A stretch of 64,000 nt of DNA from Emiliania huxleyi CCMP1516 (taxonomy: Eukaryota), in NCBI RefSeq assembly GCF_000372725.1, contig NW_005201154.1:271904-335903 (forward strand), read 5' to 3'. A model generated the notes under the pieces. That model was not told the DNA's origin. It was given only the letters and a program-made list of their open reading frames with translations, and did no database searches. A program made the position numbers and the translations under genes. The stretch's first letter is position 1; each line of letters begins with the position of its first letter. Shown piece by piece: positions 1 to 9,838 of this stretch.

Positions 1-104
1 TTGCACGGAGCTCGCTCCGCGCCGGGTGGCTCATCGACCGAGCTCTCACGTCCCATTCGGGCTACGCGCGGCGCCTCGCGTGCCTCTCGCCACTCACCTC
101 GGCT
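1..104 (+). repeat. Left arm of an inverted repeat paired with 2776-2879
   Basis: Gapless reverse-complement match to 2776-2879, 12 mismatches in 104 nt by hand count. May extend left of the window. Confidence 0.9.
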
Positions 105-158
105 CCACCTTCGCCGCCGCCACCTTTCCGCCGTCCCCCAGTTGGCCGGCCGCGAATG

Positions 159-282
159 TCTCGGCGTCTTCAGCGAAAAGCGCCCCATTCCAGAAGGGAC
201 CGCCACCGGCGCCGGCCGCGGGCCTCTCGGCGTCTTCAGCGAAAAGCGCCCCATTCCAGAAGGGACCGCCACCGGCGCCGGC
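159..282 (+). repeat. Direct tandem duplication, 58 bp unit, 66 bp period
   Basis: tctcggcgtcttcagcgaaaagcgccccattccagaagggaccgccaccggcgccggc begins at 159 and again at 225. Confidence 0.92.
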
Positions 283-373
283 ACTCGCGGCGCATGCAAC
301 GCGGGCGCGTATCCGGCCGCGCTCGCACCTACGCCCCCCTCCGTCCGCTCGCTGTCGTCCGTATCTGCCTCTG

Positions 374-484
374 NNNNNNNNNNNNNNNNNNNNNNNNNNN
401 NNNNNNNNNNNNNNNNNNNNNNNNNNNNNNNNNNNNNNNNNNNNNNNNNNNNNNNNNNNNNNNNNNNNNNNNNNNNNNNNNNNN
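374..484. other. Assembly gap (N run)
   Basis: Run of Ns. Confidence 0.99.
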
Positions 485-901
485 CGGCGGCGAGGGAGGA
501 GGCGGCGAGGGAGGAGGTGGTCTGGGAGGAGGCGGGGAGGGAGGAGGCGGGGAGGGCGGAGGCGGAGAGGGCGGAGGCGGAGAGGGCGGCGGCGGCGACG
601 GCGGCGGAGGCGACGGCGGTGGAGGAGAGGGTGGAGGAGGAGAGGGCGGCGGTGGGCTCGGCGGCGGCCTTGAGGGGGGCGGCGGGCTCGGCGGCGGCGG
701 CGAGGGAGGAGGTGGTGATGGGGGAAGCGGCGGCGAGGGCGGCAGCGAGGGTGGGTCAGTGTGACCGGGGTACCAGGGAGGCGGGGGTGAGGGGGGCGCA
801 GATGGCGGTTCGCACGAGAGCTTGGGGCCTCCCCTGCAGCACTGGTTCCAGGTGGCGAACCCGCGCTCGACAACACCTGCAGGGGTGGGGGTGGGGGTGG
901 T

Positions 902-940
<39 letters not shown>

Positions 941-1977
941 CGGGGTGTGTGTTTGGGGGGGGATGGCGATGGGGGGGGCGAGGGGAGGAGGGGAGGGGGA
1001 GCGCAACCGGTCGTGTTCAGCTCGTAGTAAGAAGTGCGTTCGCCAACAATCGTGCTCTCCCCCACCGTCTCGTCGAAGTGACACTTTTCACCCGTTGCCT
1101 CCATGCACCGGGCGTCCGTGACGCTGGGATCCGTCTCGGCAACAAAGGTCCCCCCGCACTGCCGCGTCGATGGGTTAGAGAAGTCCCTGACGTCCTCCTT
1201 GCACGCTGTCACGCGGCCGTGCGTCTCAGACACGAAGTAGAGCTGGTCGCAGCTCAAGCCTTCGTCTCGCCCGCCCTCCGCCGGGTCAGAGGTTGCCCTC
1301 ACGCACCCTGGCGTGAGGCAGCCGATCTTCGCTTCGCCGGGGGCGGTAGGCACATACCACTCGCACGAAGCAGTGCATGCCTCCATCGAGGGAAACCACT
1401 TCACCGTCCGCCCGGAGTAGGGGAAGCGGTTGTTGATGTTGGGCGTGCAGAGCACAAGCCGCGTCCGCGAACTCGCCACACCGTAGCAAGTGAGGGGGTC
1501 GGACGGCGGCGACGGCGGCGACGATGGCGGCGACGGCGGATCGGACGGTTTGGGAGGAGCGCGGGGCGGGGATTGAGGAGGAACCGGCTGCGATGGGAAC
1601 GCTCCGACGATAGGAGTTGCCAAAGCGATCCGCGTGACGAGCGCGGCTGCGCCGCCGCCGCCCATGCCGACGACCGCGAGGAAGGCGATGAAGATGCTGA
1701 GCAGGTGGGGCTGGAGGAGGCGGCCGGGGACGCAGTGATACGAGTCGAGCGAGGGCTTCCTGGCCCGCCTCTGGGGCGAGAGCGGCGTACCCTGAGCAGG
1801 CAGACACGGCCGAGCGAGTGAGTCGGGCGCGGTCTCCGCAGGCGCCGCCTCCGGCAGGGATGGGCAGCGCGCCTCTGCGCCGGCGAGGGCCCCAAAGCTG
1901 TTGGCGCCGCCGATCGGGCTGGCGGCCTTGGAGGAGTACGTCTCGGACTTGACTGGGATCTTGCGCAAGGTCACCAT
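485..1977 (-). CDS. Membrane-anchored Cys-rich / extensin-like (SPPPP)n surface protein; 3' end lost in the gap, start uncertain
   Basis: Hydrophobic segment LLSIFIAFLAVVGMGGGG, Pro-rich linker, Cys-rich ectodomain (LTCYGV...YYELNTTGC). After a (CA)n-containing intron comes a long SPPPP repeat tract (ORF 329..1084). Confidence 0.6.
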
Positions 1978-2775
1978 CCAATCGCGGTGCAAAGCTCGCC
2001 GAGCGCTCGGGTGAGCCGAGGCGTGCACGCGCGAGAGGGAGGAGGGAAGGCTGCGGAGAGAACTTGCCGCCGCGGCGGGCGTCTCTGCCGTAGCTTTGTT
2101 GTCCGCGCGGCGAGCGGTATGGACCTCGGAGCCGCGAGCATCGCAATCAAGGAGACCGTCTGCGATCACCATTGAGATGCGCCTGCGGCAGGGCGGCCAG
2201 GCGAGGGTGAGCGGCGATGAGAGAAGCACGGTCGGTCGTCGGGTGAGGAGTGACGCTCTCGAGGGCGGCGGCGGCGGCGGCGGCGGTGCAGAGGCGAACC
2301 CCGGCGGCCTCCGCTCCGACAACGTCGCGCTTGGGTTGCTGTTTCGAACTCAAGGAAGCAAATAAAAAAAATTCTTCCTTCGGGGACACACGATTCCAGA
2401 AATGGTTGTGTCCCCGCTCCTCGCTCGCCCGGGCGGAGGGCATGGCCGCGGAGGAGGCGAGTGCACGCTGCCAGGCCTTCCGCAGACAGCCTCTTGGGCA
2501 GACTGAGGGTCGGCTTTGCGTGGCGTGGCCCGTACGCTGCGCTGCGCAAAGCTGCGTATGCGGAGGGAGCATCCTGTGCTTCCACCGGGAAGTGCGCACC
2601 TCCTGCAGCTGGTGGAAGGCCGTGCCGCCGCTCGCCTGCTCCGTGGACAGGGCAGGGAGGCGGCGCCGCAGCGCCGCAGCGTCCGCTGCACGCCGGTGCA
2701 GCACTCTGCTGCCTGGTGGGCAGCATGCTGGTGCTGTGCGCGGTGTTTGCGAGGCGGCTTTGGCGTTGTTCTGCC

Positions 2776-2879
2776 AGCCGAGGCGAGTGGCGCGAGGCAC
2801 GCGAGGCGCCGCGCGTGGCCCGGATGGCGCCTGAGAGCGCGCTCGATGAGCCAGCCGGCGCGGCGCGAGCGCCGTGCAA
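2776..2879 (-). repeat. Right arm of the inverted repeat paired with 1-104
   Basis: See 1-104. Confidence 0.9.
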
Positions 2880-3006
2880 GCTGGCACATCGTCTGCATGC
2901 TGCCGTCGATTCTCTGGTCGACGGCGGTCAATCTCACGATTGTCGATCAAAACCGGCGGGCTTTGTGACGCCGTTTACGCAATCGTTTTTTGGCCTCGCT
3001 TTCTCT

Positions 3007-4704
3007 TTGAGCTTAGCCTTCGATGTTATGAAAACAAACGCAAGGCGGACATGGCATATCGCTCTTTCTCTTTTGCTTGGTTTTATTTTGTTTTTTCGTT
3101 TGCGAAGCGACAGAGGGGGGGGCGGGCGGGCGCTAACTATGGGCAACTACATGTCGAAGGTTCGAGGACGACTACTCGCCGCCTGGGTCGTTTGGGGCGC
3201 GCACCTTGTGATTTTTGGGTCAAAATCGTCCCGATTTCATAATGTTCGTTCGTACGTGCATCCGCGGCGCCCAGCGCGGTGCCAGCGGCTCCCATACCTC
3301 TAAGAGGCCACCCACCTCCGTATAGACCCTTATATCCGCGGTTTACGCCCAATAGAGGCAGCTGCAAGAGGGCCCGGACGGGCACTGCGGCACACACTGC
3401 TCGCTGCTCGGCCATGCGGTAGCGTCTGGTGATGCCGCCCCTGCGCGGGCGGGGGCGTCTCGCTCGGCAGCAACTGCGCCGCGCAGCGCAGGTTCGAGGG
3501 TCGCGGTGGGTGGGTGCACTGGAAGACGTAGCGGTCGAGAAAGCGCTCAGCGACCGCTACGTCTCGAGGATGGAGCCGTCGCGCGGACCCGACCGGCCGA
3601 CCGGCAGTAGCAGCAGGCGCCGGAGGGCGCGGGAGGCAGCGGCGACACCTCGGGCCAGAAGCGCGAGCCCTAGGCTGGTGAGGGGGCCCGCTCATGCGTA
3701 AACGGCTCTGGGACTTAGCTAAATCGCGCATCGAAATCGGGACGATTTTGCCAGGGCACCGTCACAAGGTGCGGCTCCGTCGAGGACCGGGCGCGCCCCT
3801 TACCCGGCGCGGCGTAGGTCCCACTCTGACGTATAGAGGGGAGGCACGGACAACGGCCCAATTCATCAATTCCACTCATCTTCTGGTGCCTAGCCCCGTG
3901 CAGCGGCGGTCCGGCAGGCTGCCCCCAAGGCCCCCTGGGCCGCTGCGGGTTTTGGAGTTATGCTTTGGCACAGCTTCGGCGATGGCGGCCCCTCTCTGGG
4001 GCTTGCATAGGCGGGGAGTCTCCCCCGCTGGTCTCCTCATTCCCTTTTTTCTTTTTCTTTTGAGAGCAGGACGCCGGGTTTGTCTTGTATGTGCGTGTCG
4101 GGCCGGGGTGTGGGCGAGGGGCAGAAGGGGCGGGGGCGTGCGGGGCAGAGTGCGTGTCGGGCCGGGGTGTGAGCGAGGGGCGGGGGCGTGCGGGGCAGAG
4201 GCCCAACGTCGGGCGGCTTGTCGGGGTCCGGAGCATTCGAGGGGGGAACGAGGAGGGGGGAATGGGCGGTCGGCGATGGAGTATGATGCAACCGGGCGTA
4301 CGGGGTAGCCGTCACTTTCCTGCCTCACAAGGGCGGGGCTGTCCCGGAAAGTGAGAAACGCCGGGCAGCGTGACGCATCAACGAAACCTCCCATACGTGT
4401 CGTGGGGCTCCTCCTTCGCTGTCCCATCTCCTCATCTCTTTCCCGCCTGGGCGGGGCAGCGGGTGGGCGCGCGGTGAGGCGTGGCGTGTGAGTGTGTGCG
4501 ACTGCAACGACGGACCGCTCGCAAGAGACCATTGGGTTTGTACTATTAACAACGAAGGCGCTCAAAAAAAAATACTCGGGCTGTTGCCGTCCCAAACTGT
4601 CACTGCGGGTGTGCGGCGAGTGTGCGGGATGTCTGTGGGCCCGAGAGCGATATGCCATGTCCGCCTTGCGTTTGTTTCGTAACAACATCGAAGGCTAAGC
4701 TCAA
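3007..4704. mobile_element. Putative non-autonomous TIR element with ~58 bp terminal inverted repeats
   Basis: 3007-3064 (ttgagcttagccttcgatgtt...atggcatatcgctc) is a near-perfect reverse complement of 4645-4704. The same terminus recurs at about 25660-25777 and 59732-59785. No transposase ORF recognised. Confidence 0.6.
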
Positions 4705-4738
4705 TAAAAAAGGCAGATCTGCGACTCTGTCCTCGTCC

Positions 4739-4797
4739 CGGGACCCTGTCCTTCTCCCACCCCTTGTTTGGTGTGTCCGTTTTATTTATTTATTTAT
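4739..4797 (+). mobile_element. Severely 5'-truncated non-LTR retrotransposon 3' end with 13 bp TSD
   Basis: Ends gtgtccgttt(tatt)n. Flanked by tctgtcctcgtcc at 4726-4738 and 4798-4810. Homologous to 36608-36662. Confidence 0.8.
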
Positions 4798-5703
4798 TCT
4801 GTCCTCGTCCGATTGTATCTTTTTTCTTTCTTTCTTAAAAGGGAATGTACTTAAGAGCTACATACACTGAAAAGACAAACAAAAACACTCTCTCTCTCTG
4901 AAAAGTGGCCCGACGGCCGCCCCAAATGACGTGTGAGTGCTAGAGTTGTTTGGTATTGCTAAATAAAAATCTCCGCCCCGACGCTTTCGAGGCGCTCTAC
5001 GACGGGGGCTCGGGCTCGTGTGGTACGGGTGGGATTCCTTTTCGGGGGGCGGCGCCTTCTTCTAGGCGCTCTTGACACAACAAGAGGGGTGTAGCAGTGT
5101 AGGTAGGGTAGAAAGGTGAAGAACAGCCCCCCCCGCAAGGCGCGCGATACACAAGAACAGCCAGGCTCGGACTGGACACCAACGCGGTATGGGTGGACGC
5201 AAGACAGATGATGACGACACGCACGAGCGACACACAGACACAAATAAGCTCAAATTGTGTGGTGCTTGACATGAAATAATAAATAAAAAAGCCGCGCACA
5301 CAACTCAGCCTCTCGGCCGCATGCACAGGCGCCTCTCACTCCGCCGCTCGCGCCGCCAAGCGCGAAGAGACGTGCAGAGAACTGAGCAGCGAGCGCGAAG
5401 GTGTCTCAAAGTGGTCTCAAGTGTCTCCAAAGTGACAAAAAAACTCTCCTCTCTCCAAAGTGTCTCAAACTCGAATCGTCGACCCAACGCGGCCAAAGGA
5501 TATCCACCTCGAGAACCTCGAGAGAGAGAATCGTCGATCGAATCATGTGTATTTCACACACCACACACGCCAGCGCGATGCGCCGCACCAGTCCTCCAGG
5601 CAAGAAATTGAGCACGCTGCCTCGAATCGAGTCCTCGACCGTCGGCCTCGATAGCATCGAGGCTGCCGCCGATGCGGAGCATCGAGCGGCGGCTCGGCGC
5701 GAG

Positions 5704-6900
5704 ATGCCGGGCGGACCTGCGTGGAGGGAGGCAGCGGAGCGCGCGTCGGCGGGCGGGAGCTGCGAGTTGGCCCTCATCGAACGCGGGCTCGACGACGCCG
5801 ACGTCATCGCACTCGTCGCTTCGCTGCAGCGGGAGGCGGCCGGCTCCGCTCTGACTGGCAGTCGGCCCATCAACAACGTCACGTCGCTCGACCTGCGAGG
5901 GAACGCCATCGGCGACGCCGGCGCGGCCGCCCTCTCCGGCCTGCTGCGCGGCGAGGGATGCGCCATCTGCACCCTCCGACTGTGGGGGAATCGGATCGGC
6001 GACGAGGGTGAGCGAGACACCTCTCCCGCGGCTCCGAACCGTTGCATGTCTCACTGTGTGTGGCGGGGTCGGGGTCACGCGCGTGTGGGACTTCCGACAG
6101 CACACTTCCCTCCCTCTGCGACTGCCTCTTCTGCCGTGTGCTCTCCCGCGTCTCTGAGCTGCCTCTTCTGCCGTCCTCTCCAGGCGGTGCCGCGCTGGTG
6201 TCTGCTCTCGCCCGTCCAAACTCGAGCCTGACCAGCCTCGACCTCGGCAAGCAAGGCCAGCCGGTGGGAGATGCGGTCGCCGCCGCACTCGCCTCCTCGC
6301 TGCCGCGCTGCGCGTGCCGCTGCAGCCGCGAAACCTCTCCCACAGCTTGTCGGATCAGCACCCACAGCGGCCCTGCACAGGTGCGTGCCCGCTGCAGACG
6401 CTTGACCTTCGCTACTGCGGCATGACGGACAAGGGCGCGCTGCCCCTCGCCGCCGCCTTGCCACGGCGCCGCGCCCTCCGGGCCCCTTCGACGAGGACAC
6501 CGCCATCTCTCGGCCAACCTCGGGCCAGCTCGAGCCAGCGAACCTAGGTGCCGCGCCCTCCGCTTCCTCGACGTGCGCTACAACGCGATCGGCGCGACCG
6601 GCGCCACGGCGCTCGCCGTCGCCCTCGGCCGGGCAGACAGCGCGCTGCGTGTCTGGGTCACGTCGAACGCGTACAATGACCAGGACGCCGCCGACCTCTG
6701 ACCTGAGATAGCCCGAGATGGCCCGAGATGACCCGAGATTACAATGACCAGGACGCCGCCGACCTCGCCGCGCTGCTGTCTGTCGACCCGACGACGGCGC
6801 CGCTCGCCGAGAGGGGCGAGATGACTCGAGACCACACGAGAGACCACCCGAGATGACCTGAGGTTAGGCGCCGCTCGCCGAGGGCCAAGAGCGGCTCTGG
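5704..6900 (+). CDS. RNI-like leucine-rich repeat protein, multi-exon, 3' end approximate
   Basis: LRR units LDLRGNAIGDAGAAAL, LRLWGNRIGDEG, LTSLDLG, LDLRYCGMTDKGA, LDVRYNAIGATGA. Introns at about 6008-6183, 6306-6380, 6466-6547 and 6684-6751. Confidence 0.8.
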
Positions 6901-7691
6901 TTTTAGGCTGCGCCCCAGCCGGGCAACAGGCCAGGTAGGGGGGGGCAACCTCGACAGGTTGCCCCTGCGTTCCCCCTCTTTACGTTTGACTAGTGTTCAT
7001 GTCCGCGCCACTGAGCACTGTCTCTCTGGAGTACACATGACAGAGGTAGAGTAACTTGTACGTGGTGACGCGTCGCGACAGTATGTGCCATGCAGTATAG
7101 TCGCAATCATCGCATGTTTAATGTAATGAATGTTTTTATTGTGACGGCTGACGGAGGTCGCGGGGCGCTAGCGGCTAGCCGTAAAGTCTAAGAAGAGGTC
7201 GGCTGCTCGATCGACGAGCAAGCACTGAACCGACCGACCGATCGTGGCGTACGTAGCTAGCGATCGCGCGCCCTGCAAGAGGGGGGGGTCAGCGACGGCC
7301 GACGCGTGCCGGATGGAGTCCGGCCGCGGGTGACTAGGGAAGTTCGCTCAGGATGTGTGGGGCAGCCCCGTTGGCTGAGTGTCTTGTCTTGTGGTTCTGT
7401 GTGTCGCTCCTGTGTGACCGTCACCGCCCGTCCCGCGTCCACCCATACCGCGTTGGTGTCCCAGTCGTTGGTCGGACTGTGTTTCGCCTTCCTATTCGGG
7501 GGGGTCGCGAGTCGCGGGATTCCTGTATCTCCCAATGGAGCACGGCGGCGATATGTGTATGGCGTCGGTTCATTAGAGATAATGAATATCATCCATCCAA
7601 AACATAGAGGATCACAACGTTGCTGTCTGGATCTCGCCGACACCGCCGTCGCGGTCACCCCCGCTGTGGCGGCGCTCTGCGGCGGTGGCCG

Positions 7692-8309
7692 ATGCGGTTT
7701 TGTGCCCCCGCCCGTGCCGTCCTCAGCCTGCTCATGACTATGCCAGTGTACTCGACGGCAGGCGTAGTACCAGCCGCAGACCCGACCCGGGAGGAAGGCG
7801 GCAGCCATGTGCGTTCACTGCAGTCGAGACCGTGTCGCAGGCATTGCCCTTGGGAACAAGAACCCTGGTCCACAAAATGCGATTGGGTAGGCTGCAGCGG
7901 CTGCTCGGAATGCAGCACGACTCTGCCATCCCCTATACCGCCACTGCTCTTGCCGCCCTCGTCCTCGCCAGTCTGTAGACAGACGTGCATTATGGCCCTA
8001 AAGTTTTCTTGGTCCACCAAGTGCGAGTGGCCAGATTGCAGCGGCTGCTCAGAATGCCGCATACCGCCGCCGGCCCCGCCATCTCCAATGCCGCCACCGC
8101 TACCATTGCCGCCACCCTCGCCGCCGCCACTGCCTCCGCCTCTCATTTGTGTCACACCACGCGGAACGCATCTCCATCGCTTCGGTGAAGGGGGTGAACC
8201 GTGCCATCCTCGATCGCCGTGCAAAGCTCGCTTCCGAGCTCTCACGCCGCGCGTAGTTAGGGGCCTAGAGAACACAACCCCCTCTCTCTTGTCTCCCAGT
8301 ATGCAGTAA
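7692..8309 (+). CDS. Small secreted protein with two Cys-rich modules and Pro-rich linkers
   Basis: Signal-like MRFCAPARAVLSLLMTMPVYSTA. Modules CRRHCPWEQEPWSTKCDWVGCSGCSEC and CRQTCIMALKFSWSTKCEWPDCSGCSEC. The C-terminal tail runs into a dispersed repeat. Confidence 0.55.
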   Translation: MRFCAPARAVLSLLMTMPVYSTAGVVPAADPTREEGGSHVRSLQSRPCRRHCPWEQEPWSTKCDWVGCSGCSECSTTLPSPIPPLLLPPSSSPVCRQTCIMALKFSWSTKCEWPDCSGCSECRIPPPAPPSPMPPPLPLPPPSPPPLPPPLICVTPRGTHLHRFGEGGEPCHPRSPCKARFRALTPRVVRGLENTTPSLLSPSMQ

Positions 8310-8320
8310 GCTAAAAGTAC
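8204..8320 (-). repeat. Dispersed repeat, copy of 28165-28277
   Basis: Reverse complement matches 28165-28277. Partial copies at about 39470-39650, 1974-2008, 16505-16530 and 46361-46390. Confidence 0.8.
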
Positions 8321-8410
8321 CCCCGGGCACGGGGGGACAGGCGCGCCTCGTGCATTTCCAAATAGTCGTGCGTCCCATCACATCGGCCAAGCGGGGCGCC
8401 CGTGGAATTC

Positions 8411-9368
8411 ATGTTGACCGCGGAAAAGGGTCGCGGGCCTCGTCGCGGCGCCACGGCGCTCCTTGTGGGCGCAGGCCTCGTCACTGGCGCCGTGCTCTCC
8501 TCCGCCCCTGTCCCCAAGCCGGCAATCATTGAGTACTTTGCGCGCGCGCTTGGCCTCGAGCCGTTTGGCCCGCAGTGCACCTCAAGGATGCCCCCCCTGT
8601 ACGAGCCACACGCAATGCCCAGCATAAACCTCGAGGCCGAGTCGAAAGCGCCCGACTTTAGCCTCTCATCTCTCCACGACGACGGCCTCGTCTCGCTCTC
8701 CGAGCTCCTCAAGACAAAGCCGGTGGTCCTCGAGCTCGGATCCGCCACCTGACCCTTCACGGTGCCGACGCTGCCGTACGTGAGCGAGCTGCGAGCCGAG
8801 TACGGGGACGCGTTCTGGTGCGCCCGAGTCAACGGCGCATGTGTCCAGAGACTGCTCACCCGTGCGCCTCCAACGGCAGGTACGTCTTTGTGTATATCCC
8901 AGAGGTGCACCCGATGTGGGGCGTGCACCCCTACGTGGGCGAGATCCTGCCCGCCGAGCAGGAGTACCCGGGCGGCATCCTCGCCCAGGCGCTGACCATG
9001 GAGGAGCGCAAGGTGGCGGCGAAGACGCTGGAGGCAATGGAGCCCGGCGCCTTTGACTATATCTTGATGGACTCCCTCCCGGCCGTGGGCGAGGAAGGCC
9101 TGGACAAGGCGGGCACCTACAACCCCACCTGGTGCTCGTATGGCACCGCCCCCAACCCGGGGTGGGTGATCTCGATGGACGGAACGGTCCCGCTCGCAGC
9201 AGCTCCAAGCAAGAGAAAGCCGCATTCGGATCAGCTCGTTTATTCCGGTTGCCATAGGTCGAGATCGCCCAGCTCTTCTTTGGGCACGGCATGCCAGATG
9301 TGCCCTTTGAGGAGGGCATGGCGGCACTGAAGGCGGCAATGGATCCGCTCGTCGGTCGGCCCTTTTAG
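8411..9368 (+). CDS. Iodothyronine deiodinase-like selenoprotein (Sec at TGA 8750-8752); exons 8411-8817, 8880-9186, 9258-9368
   Basis: APDFSL...KPVVLELGSAT-TGA-PF matches the deiodinase motif RPLVLNFGS[CA]TUP. Followed by YVFVYIPEVHP (cf. VYIxEAHP), EERKVAA, ILMDS and YGTAPNPGWVI. Both introns are GT-AG and keep frame; TAG at 9366-9368. Confidence 0.88.
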
Positions 9369-9406
9369 GCATCTAGCCCTGGATGCTCTCGCACGCGGCT
9401 CCCAGC

Positions 9407-9491
9407 TCGCGACGGAAGCGCATGATCGCTGCTGCCCAATGCCGCGGCCGCGCGGATGGCAGCGCAGCGTGAGGTCTCTTCTCCGTCGTGG
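9407..9491 (+). promoter_or_regulatory. SECIS element (eukaryotic type II)
   Basis: Helix I: cgacgga (9410-9416) pairs with tccgtcg (9482-9488). Core ATGA at 9422-9425 opposite GA at 9471-9472. Helix II: cgctgctgcc / ggcagcgcagcg. Unpaired AA at 9438-9439, ministem ccgcg-gccg-cgcgg. Lies ~40 nt after the stop. Confidence 0.82.
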
Positions 9492-9838
9492 GTGCGTGCC
9501 GTGCCCTGAGCTCAGCCAGCTAGCATGGGAGAAAGAATGTGTAGCGAGCGCCTTCATGTATGTGAAGATCGATCAGACTCACGGCACAAGTCACGGCACA
9601 CGGCGGGGGGGGACAACTGTCAACTCGAGAGAGACGGAGGACATGTGGGAACCGATGTGCGGCTTGCGTACAACGGAAACTGCGGCGGCGGCGGCGGTTG
9701 CCTGGCGACAGAGGCGGCGCAACCGGATTATCAACCTCGAGACCTCTCGAGAGCCCTCCAATCCAATGTGCCCCGCCCGCCGCTAGCAGCCACCAGGGTA
9801 CAGCGCCGGCTAGGACAGGCACACCAGGGTACACCCCT

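Noticed and set aside
3429..3701. ORF inside the nested inverted repeats as a possible recombinase remnant
   Set aside because: No convincing catalytic motif.
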